Source: Rhodanobacteraceae bacterium
GTDB taxonomy: Bacteria; Pseudomonadota; Gammaproteobacteria; Xanthomonadales; Rhodanobacteraceae
Reading direction: 5' to 3'
Assembly: GCA_035708045.1 (NCBI GenBank)
Contig: DASSTF010000201.1
Coordinates: 5,295-69,294 of the forward strand
DNA: 64,000 nt
Below are positions 30,171 through 40,012 of the stretch, in pieces; positions within the stretch are counted from its first letter, which is position 1; each line of letters opens with the position of its first letter. The notes beneath the pieces were generated by a model. It did no database searches, had not been told where the DNA came from, and saw only the letters and a program-made list of their open reading frames with translations. The position numbers and the translations under genes are program-made.

Positions 30171-31480
30171 GCATGGTCGTGAACGCCACTCCCGCCGTTG
30201 CGCCACGCGAGACTTCGCGAGCCGTGGAGCTGGGTCGACCCTTGCGCATCCTGCACGTGCTCGATCATTCCCTGCCGCTGCACAGCGGCTATACGTTCCG
30301 CACGCTGGCCATTCTTTCGCAGCAACGCGCCCTGGGCTGGGAAACGTTTCAGCTGACCGGTTGCAGGCAGGGGAGTTTCCTGAGATACGAGGAACACATT
30401 GACGGTTGGGTGTTCCATCGCACGCCGCTGGAATTCGGCCTGGCGGCAAAGCTGCCGCTGATCCGGCACCGTTCATCGATGCAGGCGTTGCACCGACGGC
30501 TGGTCGAGGTCGTGGAGCGCACGCATCCGGACATCCTTCATGTGCACTCGCCGGTGCTGAACGCCTTGCCGGTGCTCGCAGCAGGCAAGGCGTTCGGCAT
30601 TCCCGTCGTGTACGAGGTTCGCGCCTTCTGGGAGGATGCCGCCGTCGATCACGGCACCGCGCGCGAGTGGGGGCCGCGCTACCTGCTGACCCGCGCGATG
30701 GAAACGCACGCGATGCGACATGCGGACGCGGTGACCACGATCTGCGACGGTCTGCGCACGGACATGCTTGGTCGCGGTATTCCCGCCGACAAGATCACGG
30801 TGGTTCCCAATGCGGTGGACTTGCCGCAGTTCCCGTTCGCCGCCGCCCCCGATGCCGCGCTGTTGAAGAACTATGGCCTCACGCGTGGCTACACGCTGGG
30901 ATTCGCCGGTTCCTTCTATGCCTATGAAGGGCTGGATGCATTGCTACGGGCGATGCCGCAGGTACTGCGCGTGATCCCGCAGTCGCGTCTGCTGTTGCTG
31001 GGCGGAGGGCCCGAGCAAACCGCATTGCAAACGCTGGCGAGCGAACTCGGCATCGGGGATCGCGTGCATTTCATCGGACGCGTGCCTCACCGCGATGTCA
31101 CCCGCTATTGCAGCGTCATCGACGTGATGGTTTTCCCGCGCATCTCGCGGCGGCTGACGGAACTGGTGACGCCGCTCAAGCCGCTGGAGGCCATGGCCAT
31201 GGGCAAGCTGGTCGCCGCATCGGACGTGGGCGGGCACCGGGAGCTTATTGACGACGGACACAACGGGCATCTGTTTCGCGCCGGCTCGATCGATGCGCTG
31301 GCGCATTGCCTGACCGGATTGCTGGAACGGCCCTCGACCTGGAGCGAGGTCATTCGCAACGGACGTGCGTTCGTGGAGCGCGAGCGGAACTGGCAAGCCA
31401 CCGTCGCGCGCTACCGCGACGTCTACGCCGCCGTGCTGGCGCACGTCGAAGGGCATGCACGGGGGCGACATGGCTTTTGA
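30167..31480 (+). CDS. GT4 glycosyltransferase, exosortase A-associated
   Basis: LHVLDHSLPLHSGY, YEVRAFWED and VTPLKPLEAMA motifs. Confidence 0.88.
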   Translation: MSMVVNATPAVAPRETSRAVELGRPLRILHVLDHSLPLHSGYTFRTLAILSQQRALGWETFQLTGCRQGSFLRYEEHIDGWVFHRTPLEFGLAAKLPLIRHRSSMQALHRRLVEVVERTHPDILHVHSPVLNALPVLAAGKAFGIPVVYEVRAFWEDAAVDHGTAREWGPRYLLTRAMETHAMRHADAVTTICDGLRTDMLGRGIPADKITVVPNAVDLPQFPFAAAPDAALLKNYGLTRGYTLGFAGSFYAYEGLDALLRAMPQVLRVIPQSRLLLLGGGPEQTALQTLASELGIGDRVHFIGRVPHRDVTRYCSVIDVMVFPRISRRLTELVTPLKPLEAMAMGKLVAASDVGGHRELIDDGHNGHLFRAGSIDALAHCLTGLLERPSTWSEVIRNGRAFVERERNWQATVARYRDVYAAVLAHVEGHARGRHGF

Positions 31481-32675
31481 TGTACCTGCGCTGGTGCTGG
31501 GCGCCGGCATCAACGGCCTCGGTGTGGCGCGCAGTCTGGCGCGCGCGCGGGTTCCGGCATGGTTGCTGGACGCCGATGTGCGGCGCGTGGAAATGCATAC
31601 CCGCGCGGCGAATGCGTTGCCGGTGCGCGCGTTGCATGGCGATGCGCTCATCGACGATCTGGTGCGCCTGGGAACATCGCAATTCCGCGGCTTGCGTCCG
31701 GTTCTGTTCCCGACCCGGGAAGACACCGTCAGGACGGTGTCGCGGCATCGGCATCGACTGGCTGCGTTGTACCGTTTCACCTTGCCGCCTCGCGATGTCC
31801 TTTATGCGCTGACCCACAAGCACGGCTTCCAGCGCATCGCCGAACGGTTCGGCGCGCCCATCCCGCCGCTGGTTCGCGTTCGCTCGGTCGTGGACTTGGC
31901 GGCGCTGGAGTCCCTGCGGTACCCGGTCGTGGTCAAACCCGGCGAGCGGCATGCGTCATACGTGCGCCAATTCCGGAAGGCATACCGTATCGAAAACGCG
32001 GCGGACGCGATCGACCTGATTCGCCGCATTTTGCCGGTGATGCCGGATGTGGTGGTGCAGGAATGGATCGAGGGATCGGATGCCGACATCCATTTTTGCC
32101 TGCAATACCGCGACACGCATGGACATGCCACCGCATCGTTCACCGGCCGCAAGATTCGCTCGTGGCCGCCCCAGGTGGGCGGCACGGCCAGCTGCGTCGC
32201 CGCGCCCGAAGCCCATGCGGAACTCGTCGCGTTGACCGATCGGTTCTTCCGCGATGCAGGCGTCGTGGGCATGGCCGGCATGGAGTACAAGCGCGACGCG
32301 CGCAGTGGCGCGTTCCAAATGGTGGAACCGACCATCGGACGCACCGACTATCAGGAGGAAGTGGCCACGTTGAATGGCGTGAACCTGCCGCATGCGGCCT
32401 ATTGCGCGGAGTTGGGTCTTGCGGACTTTGCTTCCACGACGGCGAAGCGCTTCGTGGTCTGGCGCGTCCGCTCGGAGGATTTCCAGTCCGCCGCCGCACA
32501 AGATCAGCGACTCGCGCAGGGTTGTCCGCGCGGCGCGCGCGTGATGGATGCCCTGTGGCGATGGAACGACCCCATGCCGTTCGTCGTGCAATGCCTGCGA
32601 CATGCGCGGCGTGCCTTGCTGCATGGGGCACCGAAGACCACGTCGGTATCGCAAGTTGCCGGGAGCCCACGATGA
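31470..32675 (+). CDS. ATP-grasp carboxylate-amine ligase (D-aspartate ligase-like)
   Basis: NGLGVARSL, VLFPTRED, YPVVVKP, VVQEWIEG, GRKIRSWPP and MEYKRD...MVE motifs. Confidence 0.78.
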   Translation: MAFDVPALVLGAGINGLGVARSLARARVPAWLLDADVRRVEMHTRAANALPVRALHGDALIDDLVRLGTSQFRGLRPVLFPTREDTVRTVSRHRHRLAALYRFTLPPRDVLYALTHKHGFQRIAERFGAPIPPLVRVRSVVDLAALESLRYPVVVKPGERHASYVRQFRKAYRIENAADAIDLIRRILPVMPDVVVQEWIEGSDADIHFCLQYRDTHGHATASFTGRKIRSWPPQVGGTASCVAAPEAHAELVALTDRFFRDAGVVGMAGMEYKRDARSGAFQMVEPTIGRTDYQEEVATLNGVNLPHAAYCAELGLADFASTTAKRFVVWRVRSEDFQSAAAQDQRLAQGCPRGARVMDALWRWNDPMPFVVQCLRHARRALLHGAPKTTSVSQVAGSPR

Positions 32676-33796
32676 GCGTGGTCGACAGGTTTCTGCCAAA
32701 GTGGTCGGCGCAGCAGCCGGATGTGCATCGTGCGCTGGATGCCGCCGCCGAATGGCTGGCGCGCGCCCAGGATGTCACGGGTTGCGGCGGCGTCAGTGCG
32801 TATTACGACGTGGGAAAGCGCCGGTGGGCGGGCGCTTATCCGGAAACCACGGGGTACATCATTCCCACCTTGTTTCGTTATGCCGGGATGTCGGGCCGGG
32901 ATGAATACCGGGATCGCGCCATCGCGATGGCCGAATGGGAATCGGACATCCAGCTTGCCGACGGCGGCGTGCGCGCCGGAACCCTCGACGCGAAGCGGGT
33001 GGTGCCGACCATCTTCAATACCGGGCAGGTACTGTTTGGATGGCTGTGCGCCTGGCAACGCACCGGCGATGCGCGCTTCCGCGATTCTGCGGTACGCGCC
33101 GCCGACTGGCTGATCGCCGCCCAGGATCCGGACGGCGCGTGGCGGCGCTTCGCTTCTCCGTTTGCCACGCACAGGATCAACACCTACAACACCCGCGTCG
33201 CCTTCGCGCTGGCGCAGGCGGGCCGGATACTGGACGTGCCTCATTATCTGGATGCGGCCACGCGCAACGTGGATTGGGCGCTCATGCAGATGCATCCCAA
33301 CGGGTGGCTGGACAGCAACGATCTGGAAGACAGGCATCGGCCGCTCACGCACACGATCGCCTATGCGATACGCGGCATCCTTGAAGTCGGCTTGCTTGCC
33401 TCCAACAGTCGCTTCGTCGATGCCGCCACGCGCATGGCGCAGGCCGTCGCCGCCACCCAGCGTCGCGACGGCGCATTGCCCGGAAGGCTGGATGCCGGCT
33501 GGAAGCCGGCAAGTCGCTGGACCTGCGTCACGGGCAATGCCCAGATGGCCGTCATCTGGCAACGACTGGTGAAGGAAACGGGCGAGCATGCCTTCAGCCT
33601 GGCGGCGGAAGATGCCTGCCATTTTTTGATGTCCATCCAGGATACGACTACGTCCGATGACGGGATACGCGGCGCCATGCCGGGATCCCATCCACGCAAA
33701 GGCGGCTACATGAGACATCGTTATCCCAACTGGGCTGCCAAATTTTTCATGGACGCGCTGATGCTGCAGCTGGAAGGAGGCTGGAACGATGCGTGA
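32672..33796 (+). CDS. Alpha/alpha-toroid protein (prenyltransferase/squalene-cyclase repeat or GH-like), function unknown
   Basis: QW-like repeats (WLARAQD, WESDIQLADGG, WLIAAQDPDGAW, QMHPNGW, QRRDGAL) and YPETTGYIIPTL. No signal peptide. Confidence 0.7.
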   Translation: MSVVDRFLPKWSAQQPDVHRALDAAAEWLARAQDVTGCGGVSAYYDVGKRRWAGAYPETTGYIIPTLFRYAGMSGRDEYRDRAIAMAEWESDIQLADGGVRAGTLDAKRVVPTIFNTGQVLFGWLCAWQRTGDARFRDSAVRAADWLIAAQDPDGAWRRFASPFATHRINTYNTRVAFALAQAGRILDVPHYLDAATRNVDWALMQMHPNGWLDSNDLEDRHRPLTHTIAYAIRGILEVGLLASNSRFVDAATRMAQAVAATQRRDGALPGRLDAGWKPASRWTCVTGNAQMAVIWQRLVKETGEHAFSLAAEDACHFLMSIQDTTTSDDGIRGAMPGSHPRKGGYMRHRYPNWAAKFFMDALMLQLEGGWNDA

Positions 33797-35105
33797 CGTC
33801 GCCCTTGCCCTGTTCATCTTCGGCTTGATCCCGTTCATGCTGACGCGCCCGTACATCGGCCTGCTGGTGTGGTCGTGGCTGGGCTACATGAACCCGAATC
33901 GCCTCACTTTCGGGTTCGCCTACAGTTTTCCCTGGGTGGAGCTGGTGGCCGTCGTCACCATGGTCGGCATCGTTTTCAGTTCGGAGCGTAAGCGCATTCC
34001 TCTCTCCTCGGTCAGCCTGCTGCTGTTCCTGTTCATTGCATGGGCGGGCATCACGACGATTTTTGCGGTCGTGCCGGACTTCGCCTTCGAAAAATTCATG
34101 GAGTTCCTGAAAATCATGGTCATGGTTTTCGTGACCTTGATGCTGGTCAGTTCGCGCGAGCGCCTGCATTGGCTGATCTGGATGATCGTCGTGTCGCTGG
34201 GTTTCTATGGCGTGAAGGGAGGGCTGTTCACTGTTCTCCATGGCGGGCACTACCACGTGGTCGGCCCACGGGCCAGCTTCATTGCCGACAACAATGCGCT
34301 GGCGCTGGCGCTCGCGATGACCGTGCCGCTGATGCGGTATCTGCAATTGCACGCGGCGAGGAAGTGGGTGCGCGTGGGGCTTGGCGCCAGCATGTTGCTG
34401 ACAGGCGTCGCGATACTGGGCACCTACTCGCGCGGCGGTTTGGTCGCCCTGGTCATCGTCGCCGGCGCGTTGTTCCTCAAAAGCCGGCGCCGGTTGGCCA
34501 TGGTGCTGGCGGTGCTGGTGGTCGGGTTCGTTGCCTGGAGCTTCATGCCCGCCAAGTGGACGGCGCGCATGAATACGCTGCATCACGCAACCACCGTCAA
34601 TACGGCGCGCACGCGCATACAGTCATGGGAATTCGCGGCCAACGTGGCCATCCACCGGCCGCTGCGCGGCGGCGGCTTCGAGATATACCGAAGCATTCCC
34701 ATGTGGCGGAGCTATGGTCCGGAAGGCGCCAAACCGCGCGCCATCCACAGCATCTATTTCCGTGTATTGGGCGAGCAGGGATTTGTGGGGCTGGCCCTGT
34801 TTCTGGGGTTGCTTTTTTCCAGTTGGCGCAAATGCAGCCAGGTGCGAAAGCATGCGCGGGACAATGAGGCGTTGACGTGGGCGTTCGATCTCGCGTCCAT
34901 GCTGCAGGTCTGTCTCGTCGCCTTCATGGTGGCGGGTGCGTTCCTGCCCATGCCTTATTTCGACCTTACGTACCAGCTCATGGCGGTGGCTGCGCTGCTG
35001 GGTGGCCAGGTGATGGAAATGATGGTGGCGCAGACCCGCGCCACCAGGTCGCCGGTCCGCGCCGGTTTGCCGGATTCCGGCATCAAGCTCGACACCCTGG
35101 CGTAG
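33789..35105 (+). CDS. O-antigen ligase/polymerase-like protein, exosortase A-associated
   Basis: About 11 TMs. DNNALAL, TYSRGG, PLRGGGF and AIHSIYFRVLGEQGFVG (Wzy_C His motif). Confidence 0.85.
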   Translation: MRDVALALFIFGLIPFMLTRPYIGLLVWSWLGYMNPNRLTFGFAYSFPWVELVAVVTMVGIVFSSERKRIPLSSVSLLLFLFIAWAGITTIFAVVPDFAFEKFMEFLKIMVMVFVTLMLVSSRERLHWLIWMIVVSLGFYGVKGGLFTVLHGGHYHVVGPRASFIADNNALALALAMTVPLMRYLQLHAARKWVRVGLGASMLLTGVAILGTYSRGGLVALVIVAGALFLKSRRRLAMVLAVLVVGFVAWSFMPAKWTARMNTLHHATTVNTARTRIQSWEFAANVAIHRPLRGGGFEIYRSIPMWRSYGPEGAKPRAIHSIYFRVLGEQGFVGLALFLGLLFSSWRKCSQVRKHARDNEALTWAFDLASMLQVCLVAFMVAGAFLPMPYFDLTYQLMAVAALLGGQVMEMMVAQTRATRSPVRAGLPDSGIKLDTLA

Positions 35106-35114
35106 GAGGCATCG

Positions 35115-36356
35115 GTGGGGAATGCGGTCCTGATGATTGCCTATCACGTCCCGCCGGCGGCCATGGGCAGCGGCCACCTGCGCACGATGGGTTTTGCGCG
35201 CTACCTTCCGGCGTTGGGTTGGGATCCGATCGTGTTGTCGGCGCGGGCGCTCGCCTATCCGAGCACGGCGCCGCTGGACGGCGAATCCATTCCGCCTGGA
35301 TGCGTGGTGCACCGTGCGCTGGCGCTGGATGCGCAACGTCATTTCGGCGTGGCGGGCAAATATCCCGGTTTCCTGGCGCAGCCTGATCGCTGGCGCAGCT
35401 GGTGGCCCGCGGCCGTGTATCAGGGGCTGCGTCTGATACGTCGTCATCGTGTGCGCGCGATCTGGTCGACCTATCCGATCATGACGGCGCATTGCATCGC
35501 GCATACGCTGGCGCAGCTTGCCGATCTGCCGTGGATCGCCGATTTCAGGGATCCGGTATCGGGCTCGGTTTCAAGGGAGAATCCCTGGGCGACCGCTTCT
35601 CAAAAACGCTGGGAACAGCGTGTCATGTCGCGGGCATCGCGGGTGGTGTTCACGACGCCCGGAGCGTTGAAGGCCTGTGTCGAGGCTTATCCGGAAGTGC
35701 ACGCCGATGGACGGCTTGCGGTGATTGGAAACGGTTACGACGAACGCGCTTTCGTGGATGTTCCCGAGCCGGTTCCGAGCCAGGCCGGCAAGCCCCTGGT
35801 CATGGTGCACAGTGGTTTCCTGTATCCGGATGGACGCGATCCCTTGCCGTTTTTCAGGGCGCTTGCACGACTCAGGTCGGCGGGCCACGTGGATGTCTCG
35901 AGTCTCCGGATCGTTCTGCGGGCGAGTGGTTCGGAGGCGACCTATGCGCGCCAGTTGCGGCAGCTCGGATTGGCGGACATGGTCGAGCTTGCCGCTCCCG
36001 TTTCCAATCGGCAGGCGCTGATCGAACAGGCCCATGCCGATGCCCTGCTCGTGTTTCAGGGCAGTCGTTTCGATCGGCAGATTCCCGCCAAGGTGTATGA
36101 ATACCTGCGCGTGGGACGACCCGTTTTTGCGCTCGTCGGCGAGCAGGGCGATACGGCGGCGTTCCTGCGCGCCACCGGCGGCGCCGAGTTGGCACCTATC
36201 GACGACCCCGATCTCATTGCCGAACGACTGTCTGCCTTCATCCACGCGCTGCGCGATGGCCGGGAGCCGCGCGCGCATCCCGATGTCGTCGCCAGGCTTT
36301 CGCGACGCGAGGGTGCGACGTTGCTTGCCCGCATGCTGGATCAGGCGAGCGCCTGA
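35115..36356 (+). CDS. GT4-like glycosyltransferase
   Basis: IAYHVPP, PWIADFRDP, IGNGYDE and QIPAKVYEYL motifs. Confidence 0.82.
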   Translation: MGNAVLMIAYHVPPAAMGSGHLRTMGFARYLPALGWDPIVLSARALAYPSTAPLDGESIPPGCVVHRALALDAQRHFGVAGKYPGFLAQPDRWRSWWPAAVYQGLRLIRRHRVRAIWSTYPIMTAHCIAHTLAQLADLPWIADFRDPVSGSVSRENPWATASQKRWEQRVMSRASRVVFTTPGALKACVEAYPEVHADGRLAVIGNGYDERAFVDVPEPVPSQAGKPLVMVHSGFLYPDGRDPLPFFRALARLRSAGHVDVSSLRIVLRASGSEATYARQLRQLGLADMVELAAPVSNRQALIEQAHADALLVFQGSRFDRQIPAKVYEYLRVGRPVFALVGEQGDTAAFLRATGGAELAPIDDPDLIAERLSAFIHALRDGREPRAHPDVVARLSRREGATLLARMLDQASA

Positions 36357-37417
36357 TCGTCATGGCGCTGCCGGATGCGGGGAAGGAAGTCCTCGAAGAT
36401 GGCATCCGCCGGTTCCATGTGGCCTTCCGTCCATGTCGGTTTCCCGGTATCGGGCTCGCCTTCCAGAGTCCAGTGGCCGGGGCAATCGCGTACCGCCCAG
36501 CTGGCGAAATTGAGCGTCAATTCGACGAGCACCGGCTGCGGGCCACGATAAATGATGTCAGCGGCAGCCGCCGGCGCACCCAGCCGGTGCACCGCGCGCC
36601 AGGCAAGGCGAACGGCATCCTCGCCGACCTTGTCCGGATCCCAGTCCATGCTCCCGTCGATGAGGCTCGCGCGGAAGTCGCCGGGTCGGTTGAGCATGCG
36701 GAAGACGAAGGCGCGCTTGCCGATGATCGTCACGCGGATGTTGCACGCGTTGTCCGGAAGAAATTCCTGCACGTAGAAATAACCGTGCTGAAGCTCCGCG
36801 TCGAGGGTGGGGCTGCCGGGATGTCTTCCCCGAATGATTTCCGACGCGCTTCGCAGCCGGCGCAGCCATTGGCGTCCGCGTGATGCGGGCCGGTATCCGA
36901 GCGACACGACGCCGGGCCCGAAAAGCTGTTCGACATAGAACAGTGCTTCGTCCCGATGGCGCACGAGGCGCACGTTGGAGGCCTGGATGCCGCCGGCCAA
37001 TTTGAGCACGAAAGGGTATCGGGCCGTATCGCAAAATTGCATGGCCTGCTGGCGATCCCAGAAGACTTCGGTCCGCGGCACCGGAATGCCGACTGCGGAA
37101 AAGAAACATTGCTGGGCGATCTTGTCCTCGAAATACCATGTGTCCGCCAGCGTCGGATAGACGGCCATGCCGAGTCCTTCCGCGAGCGCATACAGGAGGC
37201 GCCTGGCATACAAACGCTGGTGCGCCGCCGACGTGCAGCGCCACATGAATGCGTCGCAGGCGGAGATTCGGGAGATGGCATCGCGTGCGTACACGTCCAC
37301 GGGAACCACATCGATGCCCCGGCGGCGCGCAAGCTCTGTCCAGCGGTCGGAAAAGGATTGGCGCTCGCCATTCGGATGGATCACCGTATCCGGCTGGATG
37401 GCGATTTTAAGGCTCAT
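36341..37417 (-). CDS. RimK-like ATP-grasp ligase (copy 2)
   Basis: YFEDKIAQ, YPFVLKL, VQEFLP, IRVTIIG, RPGDFRAS and ADI...VE motifs. Start MSLKIAIQ has an ATGA overlap with the upstream gene. Confidence 0.82.
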   Translation of the reverse strand: MSLKIAIQPDTVIHPNGERQSFSDRWTELARRRGIDVVPVDVYARDAISRISACDAFMWRCTSAAHQRLYARRLLYALAEGLGMAVYPTLADTWYFEDKIAQQCFFSAVGIPVPRTEVFWDRQQAMQFCDTARYPFVLKLAGGIQASNVRLVRHRDEALFYVEQLFGPGVVSLGYRPASRGRQWLRRLRSASEIIRGRHPGSPTLDAELQHGYFYVQEFLPDNACNIRVTIIGKRAFVFRMLNRPGDFRASLIDGSMDWDPDKVGEDAVRLAWRAVHRLGAPAAAADIIYRGPQPVLVELTLNFASWAVRDCPGHWTLEGEPDTGKPTWTEGHMEPADAIFEDFLPRIRQRHDDQALA

Positions 37418-39126
37418 GACGCATGTCCGCCGGCAAGACGTTCGAATCGCCCCCGGTGCAGCCATTGCCAGGCCTTCCAGTGGAACAGCAGTTTCCATGC
37501 AAGATAGTTGTCGGCATTGACGTCTTTCAATGCATCGCGCAGCCGTGGATTGAGCCACGGATCGGGTTCGAGCAGATGCGCGCCCAGAAAGGCGGAGTGC
37601 GCCGCTCGCGGTGGCGGTGAACCTGGGAACAGCCTTGGATGGCGCGCGCGTTGCGCATTGAACTGCGCGCGTGCCCGCTCGCGCCAATAGGTTGAGCCGG
37701 CGGATGATCCGCGCATCAATTCGCCGCCGCTCAGGAAGGGCGTGGCCAGCGCCTGCCGGTCGAGGCGCGCAAACAGGCTTCTGTAGAAGCGTCCGTTGCG
37801 TTTCTCCGCAAACGGAATCGTCGCCGCGTGGTTCATGAAATCCTTCGACAGGCCGGGCGTGTAGGCATCGGTGCGGCTTGCATACACTTTCAGCGGGTTC
37901 ATGGACGCGCGGTTGCGGCTGCGATTTTCGATGACGAAACGCGCCAGTCCGTGCATGTCCTGCGGAAGGCGCGATGTCTCGGTGCGGAAATCGTCCGAAA
38001 ATCCCTCGAACATCGCCTCCGCGATTTCGGGTTTGAACAAGGTTCTCGCCGCGCGCCATATCGCGCTGTCGCGCCCGCGGACCTCGTGTTGCCGATAGGC
38101 GTCGAAGCCGCCCTCGTGCTGATGCAGCGGCATGAACACGAATCCGGGCGCGAGTCCGTCCCACACCGCGGCATCGTCGATCTGCGAGGCGACCTTGGCG
38201 ATGAACAAGTCCAGGCTCGGGTAGCCGACGTCGCTGGCGCGCAGATAATCGAGATAGGCGGGCGAGGAAAAAAAATCGGCGGGTGGATGCACCTTGCGAT
38301 GACGCATGTTCGATCCTGTCGCCACGGCCTCCGCCAGCCGGCCATCCGCGTCGTCGTATTCGTCCGCGTGAGCGACGATCAGGGCCTCCGTCGGAATGCC
38401 TGCGCGCTTGAGCAGGAACAGCAGCAGCCGCGAGTCGAATCCGCCGCTCAGGAGCAGGGTGCCGTGATGGCCGAGCGCCGCGTAGGCGCGAACGTCCTGC
38501 TCGAGCGCATTCAGAAAATCGTGATCCCGCCATGCCCCCGACGGTTCCGGCCAATGCCAGTAGCGGCGGATCTCCAGCCGGCGTTGCGCACTGTCCCAGG
38601 TAAGGATGCTGGCGGGCGGCACGCGCTGCAAACCGTCCATCAGACTGCGCTCGCCGATGGGGTGACCTATCGAGATGAACGCGCCCCATGCCGCCAGATC
38701 CGGATCACCGTGCATGGCCGCCGTGGTCGATACCAGCGTCAGCTCGCCCTCGGCGTGTCGCATGTAGAGCGGCTGCATGCCGAGACAGTCGGTGACGACG
38801 GTCAGGATGCCGCGTTGTTCGTCCCAGAACACGCCGGCAAACGCGCCGTCGTGATCCGGAAGTCGTCGCGCGGCGGTGTCCGCGTCGGCCACCTGGCGGA
38901 TGTCGGGGCCATGAATCGGGAGTCCGGTGAAAAAGAGCAGGTTGTCTTGCTCCGGCATCTCCGCGTGCCCCAGACATCCGATCGCACCCGATGGAAGCCC
39001 GCGCTGGCTGATTGCCTGGTTGCCCAGGTTCTGTCGATGCAGCATGGTGCGCACGCGCTGCGACGCGTCCGCACCGAAATGGATGGCGAGCTTGCTGGCC
39101 CTGTGTGTCGTCGGCACGACATTCAT
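37414..39126 (-). CDS. Asparagine synthetase-like ATP-dependent amide ligase lacking the N-terminal Cys (copy 2)
   Basis: Ntn remnant DGAFAGVFWD...TDCLGMQPLY and PP-loop LLSGGFDSR. No MC start. Confidence 0.75.
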   Translation of the reverse strand: MNVVPTTHRASKLAIHFGADASQRVRTMLHRQNLGNQAISQRGLPSGAIGCLGHAEMPEQDNLLFFTGLPIHGPDIRQVADADTAARRLPDHDGAFAGVFWDEQRGILTVVTDCLGMQPLYMRHAEGELTLVSTTAAMHGDPDLAAWGAFISIGHPIGERSLMDGLQRVPPASILTWDSAQRRLEIRRYWHWPEPSGAWRDHDFLNALEQDVRAYAALGHHGTLLLSGGFDSRLLLFLLKRAGIPTEALIVAHADEYDDADGRLAEAVATGSNMRHRKVHPPADFFSSPAYLDYLRASDVGYPSLDLFIAKVASQIDDAAVWDGLAPGFVFMPLHQHEGGFDAYRQHEVRGRDSAIWRAARTLFKPEIAEAMFEGFSDDFRTETSRLPQDMHGLARFVIENRSRNRASMNPLKVYASRTDAYTPGLSKDFMNHAATIPFAEKRNGRFYRSLFARLDRQALATPFLSGGELMRGSSAGSTYWRERARAQFNAQRARHPRLFPGSPPPRAAHSAFLGAHLLEPDPWLNPRLRDALKDVNADNYLAWKLLFHWKAWQWLHRGRFERLAGGHAS

Positions 39127-39222
39127 GGGGTCAGACGGTGCGCCGGAATGATGATGTGGCGAGAGCGGACGAGCCGTGCGGATCGTGCTCCGGTGGTCTT
39201 GCCGTCAAAGTCGTGAATGGAT

Positions 39223-39984
39223 TCACATGGTTTTCCTGAACACGAATATCGTGTTGTATCCCATGCGGTGCCAACGCGACGCATGGCGCATGTTGAAACG
39301 TTCCAGCGCATTCGTCATGGGCCACGGAAGCAACGCGGACCGGAATTCGGTCTGTGGCCAGACGCCCAATGAATATTGCTGCACACAGCTGAATCCCTTG
39401 CCGCCAAACAGGCGCCTGATATCCGCGTTGCGCGAGCCAAAGCTGCCATCACTGTTTCCGCACGCCCGCATCAGCATGTAGGACAGGGACCAGAAGCTGC
39501 GGTGGTTGTTCAGGACCACATACCCTCCGGGCCGGGTCAGCCCGGCGATCTGGCTGGCTGCAGTTTCGCGCAACGACGGCTCGGCATTCGGGAAAAAACG
39601 GAAAGCCGAAACCACGTCGAACGTTCCCTCGCCGAAGTGGTTCAATGCCTGCCTGCCGTCCATTTCGTGAAGCGTGGTCCGCGCACACTGCGTGCGGGCG
39701 ATGGCCAGCATGTCCTCGGCGATGTCGATGCCGTGGAATTCGCAATCGGGAAAATCCTTTTCGAGCGCCGACACGATGCGCCCCGTCCCCGTCGCAAAAT
39801 CCAGTGCGCGCCGCGGAGCGATGCGGGCGAAGATATCCTTGATCAGCTGTTCCTCCAGCGCCCACATGGCGGCACGGCCGGGCCGGTCGCGGAAGCGGGC
39901 CTGGTACGCGGCTCCGGCGTGCATGTGACTGGCCGAGTATTCCGCAAACTGCTGCAGGGGTGTGCGTCTGAACAGGTCTTTCAC
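39223..39984 (-). CDS. Class I SAM-dependent methyltransferase
   Basis: Motif I ALDFATGTG, GIDIAEDML, FDVVSAFRFF and LTRPGGYV. GTG start assumed. Confidence 0.85.
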   Translation of the reverse strand: MKDLFRRTPLQQFAEYSASHMHAGAAYQARFRDRPGRAAMWALEEQLIKDIFARIAPRRALDFATGTGRIVSALEKDFPDCEFHGIDIAEDMLAIARTQCARTTLHEMDGRQALNHFGEGTFDVVSAFRFFPNAEPSLRETAASQIAGLTRPGGYVVLNNHRSFWSLSYMLMRACGNSDGSFGSRNADIRRLFGGKGFSCVQQYSLGVWPQTEFRSALLPWPMTNALERFNMRHASRWHRMGYNTIFVFRKTM

Positions 39985-40012
39985 GCGTGGCTTACTCCCG
40001 ACGGGACAGCTA

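Noticed and set aside
32672-33796. Squalene-hopene/terpene cyclase
   Set aside because: It is too short, has no DXDD motif and has no isoprenoid context. Only the QW-like repeats match.
37418-38689. N-terminal extension making a 782-aa ATP-grasp ORF
   Set aside because: It overlaps the AsnS-like gene in another frame. The paralog alignment and the ATGA overlap place the true start at 37417.
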